Shown piece by piece: positions 36,994 to 47,265 of a stretch of 64,000 bases of DNA. Location: sequence record SRR22947725_670; one strand, 5' to 3'. Position 1 is the stretch's first letter; each line of letters begins with the position of its first letter. Both the position numbers and the translations under genes were made by a program. The notes under the pieces are model-generated. The model worked only from the letters and a program-made list of their open reading frames with translations. It did not search any database and was not told the DNA's origin.

Positions 36994-37838
36994 CGTCCTC
37001 CGTCGGGCTCGTCGTTGTGGGATATGAATCAGAAAGTGAGTGGGAAGGATTCTTTGACAGTGTCCAAGAATCTACAATTTCACCAGATCAGATTGTTGTG
37101 GTCGACAACTCCCCCCAACTTTCTGTCCCACAGAAAATCTCAGGGGCTCTGTCAGTCCAGGTTATCCACCGGCCCTCAAATCCCGGCTACGGGGCTGCAG
37201 CAAATGCTGGCGTGATAGCCCTTGCTCCCGGGATTGAATGGTTAGTGGTGTGTAATCCTGATACCCGGTTCCAGAAACACACTCTGGACCTGCTCTTGGC
37301 CGAGCGGGATGCTTTCACCCACGCCGGTATTCTCGGTCCTTCCATCGTGAACCCGCTCAATGTGGTGTACCCCTCGGCCAGAGCAATTCCTGGAATCAGA
37401 ATTGGAATTGGGCACGCGCTTTTTGCTCGGTTGTGGCCGACAAACCCGTGGACCACGGCATACCTTGGGACATACACCGATCTGAATCCGCGCTCTGTGG
37501 GGTGGGTCTCTGGCGCTTTCTTGCTTATCAACCGCGAAGTCTTCAGTTCGGTGGACGGTTTCGATGAAGGCTTCTTCATGTTCTTCGAAGATGTAGACCT
37601 TGGGATGCGAATCAAACAAGCGGGGTATCGCAATGTCTATGTCCCTCGAGCCCGCGTGACCCATTCAGGTGCGGCATCGACCACGGCCCATCACAAAGAA
37701 ATGCTCCTGGCCCACCACCGAAGCGCTGAGCGCTTTCTTTCCAAACTTTACCCTTACCCAGCGCAAGCTCCTCTGCGTTTTGCCCTCCGCGTGGGCTTGC
37801 GGATTCGAGCATGGCTCCAGACCAGAAAGCTTCGGTAG
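36990..37838 (+). CDS. wbbL: WbbL-like rhamnosyltransferase (GT2)
   Basis: NPGYGAAAN, NPD, YPSAR, GWVSGA and FDEGFFMFFEDVDLG motifs; follows rmlD. Confidence 0.8.
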   Translation: MTSSVGLVVVGYESESEWEGFFDSVQESTISPDQIVVVDNSPQLSVPQKISGALSVQVIHRPSNPGYGAAANAGVIALAPGIEWLVVCNPDTRFQKHTLDLLLAERDAFTHAGILGPSIVNPLNVVYPSARAIPGIRIGIGHALFARLWPTNPWTTAYLGTYTDLNPRSVGWVSGAFLLINREVFSSVDGFDEGFFMFFEDVDLGMRIKQAGYRNVYVPRARVTHSGAASTTAHHKEMLLAHHRSAERFLSKLYPYPAQAPLRFALRVGLRIRAWLQTRKLR

Positions 37839-37844
37839 CAGGAT

Positions 37845-38330
37845 TTAGGGTTGGGGCAGAACCTTTGCCAATGATGCCTGTGTCTGCGATTCCATCAATC
37901 CTTTGAGGAAGGTCGCAACGGAGGTATTTGCGAGAGCCAGAATTCTCATAGCCAGGATTCCAGCGTTTCTTGCCTGCCCAATTCCCACCGTTGCCACGGG
38001 AATTCCTGGGGGCATTTGGACAATGGATAACAAGGAATCCATGCCATCGAGTGTGGCCAGCGGAACCGGAACACCAATCACGGGCAAAGGAGTAAGGGAA
38101 GCCACCATTCCCGGCAGGTGCGCTGCACCACCAGCACCAGCGATGACCACGCTAAACCCACGATCCGCGGCATTCTTCGCAAAGTCAACCATTTTCTCTG
38201 GCGTCCGGTGTGCCGAAACGACTTCCGATACGACTTCAATACCTGCCTGGGCTAACACTTCTGCCGCGTCTTTCATGACCGGCCAATCAGAATCTGAGCC
38301 CATTATGACCGCCACGCGCGCACTACCCAT
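37845..38330 (-). CDS. purE: N5-CAIR mutase
   Basis: [21 protein letters not shown] and SIVQMP motifs. Confidence 0.97.
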   Translation of the reverse strand: MGSARVAVIMGSDSDWPVMKDAAEVLAQAGIEVVSEVVSAHRTPEKMVDFAKNAADRGFSVVIAGAGGAAHLPGMVASLTPLPVIGVPVPLATLDGMDSLLSIVQMPPGIPVATVGIGQARNAGILAMRILALANTSVATFLKGLMESQTQASLAKVLPQP

Positions 38331-38339
38331 GGTCACACT

Positions 38340-39449
38340 CTACCCGGACCCATTCGCGAGTGATCGGGCCTCTTCAGCACGGGCGAGTAAGTGCGGGAGG
38401 TCTGACCCAATGACGACTACGTGGCCTACTTTTCGCCCTGCTCGGGCCGCTTTCCCATAATCGTGAATCTTTGCTTCGGGCACGGCTCGCCACGCTGCTT
38501 CCTTCCCGGCAGGATCGATCCCACCCAAGATGTTGACCATCACACCTACCGGCGAGGTAAAAGAGGGGGAACCAAGGGGTATGTCTGCGACGGCGCGAAG
38601 ATGTTGCTCGAACTGGCTGGTGGTTGACAGTTCCGTAAAAACGTGCCCTGAATTATGGGGGCGCATGGCTAACTCGTTTACCAACACAGAACCATCGGCT
38701 AGTTCAAAGACTTCCACAGCAAGGACTCCAACAATCCCCACTTCATCTGCGATTTGTCGGCTCAGTGTGTTTGCCTTCTCGATGAAATCGCTGGACATCT
38801 CTGGGGCTGGTGCAATGACTTCGGAACACACACCGTTTACCTGGCGCGTCTCTACCGGCAACCACGGGACCCACTCGCCGCCGTGCCGCCTGGCACTTAC
38901 GAAAGCAAGCTCTCGAACAAAAGGTACTTTTTCTTCCACAAGCACAGGGCCCTCTGCGATCCAATCCTCAATATCTTCTAGCGAATCGATCACTCGAACA
39001 CCTTTGCCGTCGTAACCGCCAACCGGCTTCTTCGCCACACACGGAAATCCGCCGACCTCATCAACAGTTGCAGCAGAGGAAACCGAAGTGTCAATTACGC
39101 CCCAGCGCGGTTGTGGCACGCTAATGCGTGCCAGATTTTTTCGCATCACGATTTTATCGTGGGTAAGAGTCAAGGCTTCGGGTGATGGAGCAATCACCAC
39201 GCCTGAATCCCTCACGGGTGTTAACACTTTTGTGGGAACGTGCTCATGGTCAAAAGTGAGGAAGTCGACCTGGTCGGCAAAGGTACCCACCTCTTCTAAG
39301 TCACGATAATCTCCCACCCAGGTAGCGGCAAGACCAGCGGGAGAACCCTCAGCTTCGGCAAATACGCGCAACTCAAGGCCTAGATTAATTGCTGCCGGAA
39401 TCATCATGCGGGCCAGTTGGCCACCCCCGATAACTCCTACTTTCTTCAC
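38340..39449 (-). CDS. purK: N5-CAIR synthetase
   Basis: GGGQLARM, GYDGKG, NELAMRPHNSGH and RKVGH motifs. Confidence 0.96.
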   Translation of the reverse strand: MKKVGVIGGGQLARMMIPAAINLGLELRVFAEAEGSPAGLAATWVGDYRDLEEVGTFADQVDFLTFDHEHVPTKVLTPVRDSGVVIAPSPEALTLTHDKIVMRKNLARISVPQPRWGVIDTSVSSAATVDEVGGFPCVAKKPVGGYDGKGVRVIDSLEDIEDWIAEGPVLVEEKVPFVRELAFVSARRHGGEWVPWLPVETRQVNGVCSEVIAPAPEMSSDFIEKANTLSRQIADEVGIVGVLAVEVFELADGSVLVNELAMRPHNSGHVFTELSTTSQFEQHLRAVADIPLGSPSFTSPVGVMVNILGGIDPAGKEAAWRAVPEAKIHDYGKAARAGRKVGHVVVIGSDLPHLLARAEEARSLANGSG

Positions 39450-39458
39450 TTCTCAACC

Positions 39459-40208
39459 TTATTGGAGGAGGTGCTCGACATCGGCGGCGGAAACTACGCG
39501 GGTCATCCCTGTCTCATCACGAACCAGGAGAGCACCCGTCGAATCAAGGCCGGTTGCTGTTCCTCGCCACCGTGGCCCTTCAGACTCCACCACTTCCACT
39601 TGCCGTCTCAGAGTCAGCATTGTTTCCTCGACTAACTGCTGGGTTATTTTCCTGTCACCGGCGAGGAAACTTCTGAGAAAACTTACAAAGCTGGACACGA
39701 ACACATCGGGAGTTTCCCCCGCAATTTCGCAGTGCTGGTCAAGAGCGCTTGCGTTAGGTGTTGGGGGCTCAGATTCAAATCCAATGTTTATCCCGACACC
39801 CACCACAACATCTTTGGTGGGCAGGACTTCACACAAGATTCCGGCAATTTTGTTACCCGCCACCAACACATCATTGGGCCATTTCACACCGACCTCTGTC
39901 ACACCCAATTCGTGGAGAGCAGACACGACGGACAATCCCGCAATCAGGGGAATCCACGATGCGGTGTCGCTTTCGATTAGCTCCCGGGGGACTAGAACAC
40001 TCAACGCTAGAGACTCGCCTGGCTTGGAAATCCATTGCCGGTCCCGCCTGCCCCGCCCCTCGGTTTGATGATGGGTCAACACGATAGAAAAAGGTGGTGG
40101 AGTAGTTCCCCGGGAGAAAACTGTATTCGTTGAACCAACCGTTTCAAGATCTAGCAGGAACGGCACACTGGCCGCAGTGCGCGGGTATAAATAAGACTTA
40201 GCTGTCAA
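39459..40208 (-). CDS. birA: Biotin-[acetyl-CoA carboxylase] ligase (no HTH)
   Basis: STN, QTEGRGR, KWPND and KIAGIL motifs. The TTG start is uncertain and overlaps the upstream ABC gene. Confidence 0.9.
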   Translation of the reverse strand: MTAKSYLYPRTAASVPFLLDLETVGSTNTVFSRGTTPPPFSIVLTHHQTEGRGRRDRQWISKPGESLALSVLVPRELIESDTASWIPLIAGLSVVSALHELGVTEVGVKWPNDVLVAGNKIAGILCEVLPTKDVVVGVGINIGFESEPPTPNASALDQHCEIAGETPDVFVSSFVSFLRSFLAGDRKITQQLVEETMLTLRRQVEVVESEGPRWRGTATGLDSTGALLVRDETGMTRVVSAADVEHLLQ

Positions 40209-42042
40209 AGGACATCAATTTCACGTATTCCTCAATCATCGGAACTCGTTTTCTGACTTCCTTGAAAGTGCCGCTATCGAGAATTCGACCATCCTCCATC
40301 ACGTGGACTTGGTCGGCATGCTGAATCGTCGATAACCGATGGGCAATCACAATGACCGTCGTGTCTCCGCCCAGGCTCCGAATTGCCCCGGCGATACTCG
40401 CCTCGGTTGCCGCATCGAGGGCACTAGTCGCTTCATCCAAGACAATCAAGTTGGGCTTGGTGTACAGAGCGCGCGCTAAGCCAAGCCTCTGAATCTGGCC
40501 ACCACTTAGCGCATCAGAATGGGACCCCAAGTTCGCGTGAATGGTGTCCGGGACGCCCCGGACATGATCCGCTAGCTGGGCTCCCTCAAGAGCCGCCCAG
40601 ATTGCTTCTTCGTCTCGCTCTGTCTCAGACAAACCCAACGCAACATTGTCAGCAATCGAACCGGTCACAAGGCCGGGCTTTTGCGGGACGTAGGACATGA
40701 GGCCCGGGTGTTCTTCCCGCAAGGCTTCAGGTTCCACGCCATCAACGGAGACGTTTCCAGTATCGGGCTTGTAGAGCCCCAGAATGATGTCGACAAGAGT
40801 GGTTTTCCCGGCACCCGAAGGCCCCACAATGGCTATGTAGCTCCCCGCAGGTGCAGAGAGGGAAACACGGTCTATCGTTTGGGTGGCAGCCCCCAAGTGC
40901 TGGAAGCTCACATTGTCGAGTACGACCCCGAGCCCACGCCTCGAATCGCGCTTTCTCGCAGTACTTCCCAGCTGTGTGGGGGCGTAAATGCTGGCATCCA
41001 GCAGCTCAGGGGTATCGCGCAGTTGCACCAACACTTCCTGCGCGGAGGTCACCCATTTCTGCATAATCCTTAGCTCATTCCAAATTTGTTGAAGCGGCAA
41101 AATCGCGCCCATCATTCTGAAAGATCCGGCGAGGAAAATACCCAATGCCAACAACCCCTCCCCCAAAGAGCCCCTGCTCAATTGCCACATCAGAAATCCG
41201 AGCGCTCCGACGATTAACCCAGCTTCAGCGATATAGCGGGGAAGGCTCTTCAAAATTTGGAGCGTGACGCCTGTGCGCGCGCCCAACTTCTTCGCCTCGA
41301 TAAATCTTGCCAAGAAGAAATCCTGTTTCGACAAAACCGCAATTTCTCGAAAACCATCAACCATTTCCAAAAGGGCCGATCCTGTTTGGACTGCTCCAGC
41401 TTGAATGTTTCGTCCCGAAGCCAGGTATTTTTTGGCCGTCGTCGCCTGAAGCAAAAAAACCAGCACGCCAAAGTAGAGTGCGATAATCAGGGCTGCAATG
41501 GGGTCAACAGCGACAAAGACGACAAAAATCGAAAGAAAAAGGGTGCCTTCAATGACGAGGGTTGTCATCGCTCCGAGAACACCTGAGAACGTTGCGTTAG
41601 TAGATTTGCCTACGAGAAAGCCAATCTCTGCTCGGGAGAAATTTCGTAATCGTTGAAGTGAGCCACTAAAGAGGTAGCGCGCAACTTTGGCAGAGTTCTT
41701 GATTTCTATCTGTACCAGAAAGACAGCGGTCCATCGAGCAAAGAGAATTCCGAGCCCACCTTTGAGGATGAACAGTCCCGCCACCAGGGCAACCACACTA
41801 ATAACGTTGCCCGCGGTCGGCTGTGGAAGTGTGAATCCAAATATCTCAAAACTCTGCCCCGATAAGCCCGTCGCGGTAATCGCACCCAGTACTCCCATGA
41901 GGCCCACCGCAACGATGTCCAGGCCGTTGAGCGCCATCCGCAGTCCGGCGCGGATGGCGAAAAAAAGTTTTTCGGATTTTGTGAGTAACGACCAGGAAAC
42001 CCCAGTGACCTTCAAAAGGCTTCGAAAACTTGCTTCCTTCAT
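40198..42042 (-). CDS. Fused TMD-NBD ABC exporter (HepA/PglK/MsbA-like, probably a glycan flippase)
   Basis: About six TM segments, GPSGAGKT, LSGGQIQR and DEATSALD; sits among glycan genes. Confidence 0.85.
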   Translation of the reverse strand: MKEASFRSLLKVTGVSWSLLTKSEKLFFAIRAGLRMALNGLDIVAVGLMGVLGAITATGLSGQSFEIFGFTLPQPTAGNVISVVALVAGLFILKGGLGILFARWTAVFLVQIEIKNSAKVARYLFSGSLQRLRNFSRAEIGFLVGKSTNATFSGVLGAMTTLVIEGTLFLSIFVVFVAVDPIAALIIALYFGVLVFLLQATTAKKYLASGRNIQAGAVQTGSALLEMVDGFREIAVLSKQDFFLARFIEAKKLGARTGVTLQILKSLPRYIAEAGLIVGALGFLMWQLSRGSLGEGLLALGIFLAGSFRMMGAILPLQQIWNELRIMQKWVTSAQEVLVQLRDTPELLDASIYAPTQLGSTARKRDSRRGLGVVLDNVSFQHLGAATQTIDRVSLSAPAGSYIAIVGPSGAGKTTLVDIILGLYKPDTGNVSVDGVEPEALREEHPGLMSYVPQKPGLVTGSIADNVALGLSETERDEEAIWAALEGAQLADHVRGVPDTIHANLGSHSDALSGGQIQRLGLARALYTKPNLIVLDEATSALDAATEASIAGAIRSLGGDTTVIVIAHRLSTIQHADQVHVMEDGRILDSGTFKEVRKRVPMIEEYVKLMSFDS

Positions 42043-42069
42043 AACTGTTCTTGGCTCCAGCGCGACGGT

Positions 42070-43083
42070 CTAGGCGACCTGCGGGCTATCAATCCAGGTT
42101 GTTGTCTGATTCTCGACAACGTGGGAATCGGCTTCCACCATAATCTTTGCGAGCTCCGGCGGCAGCACTCTAGGCTTCCAGCCCGTCACACCCGTCACTC
42201 TAGAGTGGTCACCTACTAATGAATCAACCTCAGCTGGGCGGAGGTATCGAGGGTCAAGTTCAACGTATTTTTCCCAGTCGAGACCGACGTGGCCGAAAGC
42301 AAACCCAAGGAAATCCCTTACGGAATACTCGGTGCCAGTGGCCACAACGAAATCATCCGGTGCATCCGCCTGAAGCATCCGCCACATTCCCTCTACATAC
42401 TCCGGGGCATAGCCCCAGTCGCGGACGGCGTCAAGGTTACCCATAAAGAGTTTGTCCTGAAGGCCAGCTTTGATCCGAGCGGCCGCCAACGTGATTTTCC
42501 TGGTCACAAAAGTCTCCCCCCGGCGGGGAGACTCGTGGTTGAACAGGATGCCATTGGTTGCGAACATGTCGTAGCTTTCGCGATAGTTCTTCGTAATCCA
42601 GTAGGAATAGACCTTGGCAACGCCATAGGGGGACCTGGGGTAAAACGGCGTTTCCTCGTTTTGTGGTGGAGGCGAAGCGCCAAACATCTCAGAACTGGAC
42701 GCTTGATAAAAGCGAGCGTTCGAGCCCGAAACCCTAATCGCCTCCAGCAGGCGAATGGATCCCAAACCGGTGGTGCTACCGGTGAGCTCAGGCTCATCGA
42801 AGCTGACGCGAACATGTGACTGAGCAGCAAGGTTATAGACCTCATCCGGAGCCACCAATTCAACAAGCGCCATCATGCGAGAGCTGTCACTGAGGTCGCC
42901 GTAATGCAGGAAGAGTGTCGAATCCATCAGGGATTCATCGGTGATGAGGTGGTTTATTCGTTGAGTGTTGGGGCTTGAGGAGCGCCGAACGATACCGTGG
43001 ACTTCGTAACCTTTTGAGAGCAGAAGCTCGGCAAGATAGCTGCCATCTTGGCCGGTAATTCCGGTAATGAGGGCCTTTTTCAC
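42070..43083 (-). CDS. gmd: GDP-mannose 4,6-dehydratase
   Basis: [28 protein letters not shown] and [15 protein letters not shown] motifs. Start is GTG 43083 or ATG 43104. Confidence 0.97.
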   Translation of the reverse strand: MKKALITGITGQDGSYLAELLLSKGYEVHGIVRRSSSPNTQRINHLITDESLMDSTLFLHYGDLSDSSRMMALVELVAPDEVYNLAAQSHVRVSFDEPELTGSTTGLGSIRLLEAIRVSGSNARFYQASSSEMFGASPPPQNEETPFYPRSPYGVAKVYSYWITKNYRESYDMFATNGILFNHESPRRGETFVTRKITLAAARIKAGLQDKLFMGNLDAVRDWGYAPEYVEGMWRMLQADAPDDFVVATGTEYSVRDFLGFAFGHVGLDWEKYVELDPRYLRPAEVDSLVGDHSRVTGVTGWKPRVLPPELAKIMVEADSHVVENQTTTWIDSPQVA

Positions 43084-43161
43084 GATTCTCTTTCCAACTT
43101 TCATTACGTTCTGTGACTGAGATGCCCCAATCTATCGGGAAATCCTTGGCCATCCAGGCAT

Positions 43162-44115
43162 CTACCCCAGGCGTTGCCTCAGGAGCAAACCGAGATACCT
43201 GAACACCCTTGCAGCGGCATCCAGGGGGTGTCGAAGGGGGTACGCCCACATTTCTCGTGCGTCACCAGCAGACTCCACCCGATCAAGCTCGGGGTTTGCT
43301 TTAATCTCGTCCGGGTGACCGAGCGGAAAATTCAGCGTTTCAAGTTCCTGATGCGCCACCCAACTTTCGAAACGGGTGTGAGTAGAGCTGGGGCCCAAAC
43401 CGATGTTGGTCACCAGGTTTCGGGCAGGAACAGAGTTCAGGTAACCCTGGGCTACACAGTGAACAACAAAAGGAAGCGCCCAGGAATCGAGGCTCTTTTC
43501 TTCCGCCAGCATCTTCTTCATCGCTGCGGCCCGAGCCCCAGAGGGAAATTTTGCCACGATTGTGGTTTGTTGCTCTGGGCTCCAGTGCCGATCGAGGTCG
43601 CCGCTGTCGGAAAACTTTCGCCAGGTGCGACCCCACGTCGCCCAACCCCAAATACGGACATCCGTGGAAAAGTCGTAGGAGTATCGGCTCACTCTTGACC
43701 CTCTAAGCCTCGAAGACCCACTAATCATCCCCACCGCCTCTTCTCCGCGATAGCGCTCAAGTAACTCGGTCGCATAGCTGAAGAAATCTTCTGAGGGAAG
43801 GCAGTCATCTTCAATGATGATGGCTTCGTCGACGTGGGTGAAAACCTCATCTAGGCCACTGGACACACGCTTCTTCAGCCCCAGATTCGTCGAGGCGAAA
43901 ACCTCGTAAACTTCACAATCCCAATCAACACCCGCGACGGCGGCCCGCGTCGTGTCGACCAGAGTCGCGTCATCCTGGTTGTTCGGTGTGGGTCCATCCA
44001 TCACAAGAAAGAGCTGTCGCGGCTTAGCCTTGCGGATTTCCTGGAATACCTGGGCGGTCATTTCTGGTCGGTGGTAGCCCAGGAGGACAACGGGAGCACA
44101 GAACGGAAAACCCAC
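43162..44115 (-). CDS. Nucleotide-sugar transferase (GT-A fold, HlpA-like)
   Basis: RPE.T, NLGL, IIIEDDC, WGWATW and NLVTNIG motifs. Confidence 0.8.
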   Translation of the reverse strand: MGFPFCAPVVLLGYHRPEMTAQVFQEIRKAKPRQLFLVMDGPTPNNQDDATLVDTTRAAVAGVDWDCEVYEVFASTNLGLKKRVSSGLDEVFTHVDEAIIIEDDCLPSEDFFSYATELLERYRGEEAVGMISGSSRLRGSRVSRYSYDFSTDVRIWGWATWGRTWRKFSDSGDLDRHWSPEQQTTIVAKFPSGARAAAMKKMLAEEKSLDSWALPFVVHCVAQGYLNSVPARNLVTNIGLGPSSTHTRFESWVAHQELETLNFPLGHPDEIKANPELDRVESAGDAREMWAYPLRHPLDAAARVFRYLGLLLRQRLG

Positions 44116-44155
44116 AGATACTCCTTATACAGAGGTTTCCTACTAGCGTAGTGCT

Positions 44156-45334
44156 GTGCCCCCATCGATTCTTCATGTGAACTTTTCACGCTCTGGCGGC
44201 GCTGGGGCTGTTGCGAGAATCCTCTACACAGAACAAAAGGCACAGGGACATGACGCAGATTTCCGCCACGTGATCGCGAGGGATCTGCGCTCCCAGCCAT
44301 TTTCAGCCCCCCGTCACACGCTCGCCGCCGGGATTGACGACGCCATCATCAAAAAGCCGACCTTCGACGCTCCCATCAGCCTCCTAAGAGACGGTGCTGC
44401 AGGTCCCAAACTCCCCCCGCTCGACGCACTTGATGTTCTGCATCTTCATGGAATCAACGGCGTCCTCCCCAGCGACTTTGTGGAGCTGCTGCCACGAGCC
44501 ACCAAAGTCGTGTGGACACTGCACGATATGAACCCCTTTACGGGGGCTTGTCACTATTCGCTGGGATGCAATCGATTCACCCAGGGATGCAGTGAGTGCC
44601 CTGCCGTCAGGCCAGTCTTTGACAAGCTCGTGGAGCGCAACCGGAGGCGGAAGCGTGACTTTGTCGACTCAATACCGAATCTGGCCATCGTCGCTCCCAG
44701 CGCATGGCTGGCCGAGCTCGCTGCTGAAAGCTCGCTTTTCTCGAACGAAAATATCACCGTCCAAACAAATCCCATTGACCCAGCTTTCTTCTTAAAGAGT
44801 CAAGATAATGATGCAAGACCACGCTCACATTTGTTCCGCGTTGTTGTGGTCGCAAAGAACCTCGATGACCCGGTGAAGAATGTTGGCCAAACCGTTGAAG
44901 CCTTCAGCGAAGCCTTCGGAACATCTCGCCACCACCAGCTTCTTCTCGCAGGATGCGGAGGAGCGAGCTTTACATCATCCAACATCGTGCTCCTCGGTGA
45001 GCAATCACCTGGCGAGCTCGCCGAGGTCTTTGCAGGAGCCGATGCGCTGGTCGTATCTTCTCTTGCGGAAAATGCTCCGTTGGTCATTCCTGAAGCCGCC
45101 TCGCAGGGCTGCCCTTCCTTCGTTGCGGGTGTTGGGGGGATGCCAGAGCTGGTGAGCCTATTAGGTGCTGGCGAAGTTTTTTCCACGACGAAGGAGCTCG
45201 TCCAGCTCCTTCGCGGCCGCGCTGACGAAAGCGAGCACCCTCGAGCACAGGCTCGTCCTTCACTCAGTGCCGCCGCATCTCGGGTGTTTAGCCCTGCAGC
45301 AGTCGTCACAGGGTATGACAGGGTGTATTCGTGA
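44156..45334 (+). CDS. WcaC-like GT4 glycosyltransferase
   Basis: GGAG, WTLHDMNPFTGACHY..C....C..CP and ENAPLVIPEA motifs. Confidence 0.85.
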   Translation: MPPSILHVNFSRSGGAGAVARILYTEQKAQGHDADFRHVIARDLRSQPFSAPRHTLAAGIDDAIIKKPTFDAPISLLRDGAAGPKLPPLDALDVLHLHGINGVLPSDFVELLPRATKVVWTLHDMNPFTGACHYSLGCNRFTQGCSECPAVRPVFDKLVERNRRRKRDFVDSIPNLAIVAPSAWLAELAAESSLFSNENITVQTNPIDPAFFLKSQDNDARPRSHLFRVVVVAKNLDDPVKNVGQTVEAFSEAFGTSRHHQLLLAGCGGASFTSSNIVLLGEQSPGELAEVFAGADALVVSSLAENAPLVIPEAASQGCPSFVAGVGGMPELVSLLGAGEVFSTTKELVQLLRGRADESEHPRAQARPSLSAAASRVFSPAAVVTGYDRVYS

Positions 45335-46269
45335 AAGTTCTTGTCACCGGCGCCGCCGGATTCATTGGTTCTTCGGTCGCGAGGGCACTCAGCGAGCAAG
45401 GACACCGTGTTGTGGCGGTGGACGCTCTCCTCGGGGGCCTGTATCCAGCGGATGAAAAAGCGGCCCGCTGGGAAATGCTGTCCGACCTCGATGGAATCGA
45501 AACGCATGGACTCGATCTGCGCTGTGATGAGCTCTCCGTCCTTCCCTCGGATATCACGCACGTTATCCATGAAGCAGCTATGCCGGGCCTAGGGCTGAGT
45601 TGGAGTGACTTTGCTCTCTATGAGAGTTGCAACCTTGGCGCCACGGCCAGAGTGATCGACGCGGCTCACAACTGGGATCTCGAGAAGTTTGTCCAGATTT
45701 CAACATCATCGGTCTATGGAAAGAATGCCGCGGGAGATGAAACCCTTCCCCTTGCCCCAGCGTCTCCCTATGGCGTGACAAAACTTGCGGCCGAAAACCT
45801 AGCCCTCGCGCACTGGCGCGATTCAGGTTTCCCCGCCACAGTGCTTCGATACTTTTCGGTATACGGGCCAGGCCAACGTCCTGATATGGCCTACCGGAAA
45901 TTCATTCAGCAAGCTCTGATTGGAGAAACCATCAGCCTGTATGGATCCGGCGAACAAACGAGATCAAACACGTATATCGATGATTGTGTCGCTGCAACGA
46001 TTTCTGCTCTGACGCTGGGCGGGTCAGGCGAGATTTATAACATTTCGGGGAATGCAGAGCGCTCCATCAACGAAGCACTCGACATTATCGGTCGCCACGT
46101 GGGACAAGCTCTCGATATCGAGCACCTCCCCGCCGCGCGAGGCGACCAGGTGAGAACAATGGGGGACACCAGCAAAGCTCAATCAGAGCTTGGTTTCATG
46201 CACACCGTTGACCTTGACGAGGGTTTAGCACGACAGGTTGCTTGGCAGCGCGGTCTGGAACACGGCTAA
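45331..46269 (+). CDS. NAD-dependent nucleotide-sugar epimerase (UDP-glucuronate 4-epimerase-like)
   Basis: TGAAGFIG, SPYGVTK and LRYFSVYGPGQRPDMA motifs. Confidence 0.85.
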   Translation: MKVLVTGAAGFIGSSVARALSEQGHRVVAVDALLGGLYPADEKAARWEMLSDLDGIETHGLDLRCDELSVLPSDITHVIHEAAMPGLGLSWSDFALYESCNLGATARVIDAAHNWDLEKFVQISTSSVYGKNAAGDETLPLAPASPYGVTKLAAENLALAHWRDSGFPATVLRYFSVYGPGQRPDMAYRKFIQQALIGETISLYGSGEQTRSNTYIDDCVAATISALTLGGSGEIYNISGNAERSINEALDIIGRHVGQALDIEHLPAARGDQVRTMGDTSKAQSELGFMHTVDLDEGLARQVAWQRGLEHG

Positions 46270-46283
46270 CCAGGCCAGCTCTG

Positions 46284-47243
46284 ATGACATCAACCCACCG
46301 TGTGGTCTGCGCGATCGATTCTCAGATGGCGTATGCACTGGGCGTGTTGCTGGGTTCGCTGAAGCGAGAAAGCTCGAAGGCATTCAGGGTGACAGTCGGA
46401 TTCCTTGAAGGCAGTTTGCCCTCTAGGGACCGAGAGGCCGTGTCCTCTCTCGCGGCTGCGCTAAAGATCCCCCTTGATTTCATGCCCCTTCCACAGAACC
46501 CGCTGTTCATCACCCAGGGACATATTTCTCCCACGACGTTCGCGAAGTTTCTTCTCTCCGATGCAATTACCGAACCACACCTTTGGATAGATGCCGACAC
46601 CGTGGCGCTCCCGGGGTGGGACAGCATTTTTGACGTAATTGATGCCACCTCAGAAAAGCAAGAACTTGTCGTTGCGAAACGGGGAAACTCTCCCGGGGCT
46701 GCTCGCGATTCCATGCTCTTCAACGCTGGGGTGTTGGGGTGGCCTCAGGTAACCCGGAGAAATTGGGCGGAGCCGTTGAGGCAGATGGAGACTGTTGATA
46801 CGCAAGAACAGGCGCTCTTCAATGAGCTCTATTCGGACACCGCCGCATGGGTTTCCGAGAAATACAACACTCTGACCTACCGAATAGATCAACTTGATCC
46901 GACTGACCTCCCCTACATCATCCATTACGCAGGCGCCCATAAACCCTGGCACTTGGGGAGAAGGCTTGCCAAAGGCTGTGTTGACTATGGGTGCCCGTGG
47001 TCTGCGTGGTTCGCTGCTGAGGCTTCGCTGATCCAAGACATCACGGCGGGCCCGCTAGCGGAAAAAATCCCGTCACTCCAACGCGCTGCCCTGGCCACAG
47101 GACGCTTGCGGTGGCAGCGCGACCATTCCGGTCTGTGGTTCGTTAAAGCCCTCACCGCCCTTGGGCCCGGCGCTCGAGTAGTGATGTGGTGTCTGGGACT
47201 ACTGAAACAATGGGTTCCACGGGGAACTCATCCCCTCCACTAA
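46284..47243 (+). CDS. GT8-like glycosyltransferase
   Basis: IDAD, FNAGV, EQALFN and IHYAGAHKPW motifs. Confidence 0.8.
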   Translation: MTSTHRVVCAIDSQMAYALGVLLGSLKRESSKAFRVTVGFLEGSLPSRDREAVSSLAAALKIPLDFMPLPQNPLFITQGHISPTTFAKFLLSDAITEPHLWIDADTVALPGWDSIFDVIDATSEKQELVVAKRGNSPGAARDSMLFNAGVLGWPQVTRRNWAEPLRQMETVDTQEQALFNELYSDTAAWVSEKYNTLTYRIDQLDPTDLPYIIHYAGAHKPWHLGRRLAKGCVDYGCPWSAWFAAEASLIQDITAGPLAEKIPSLQRAALATGRLRWQRDHSGLWFVKALTALGPGARVVMWCLGLLKQWVPRGTHPLH

Positions 47244-47265
47244 TGGCAACGGAATTTAGGGTGTT

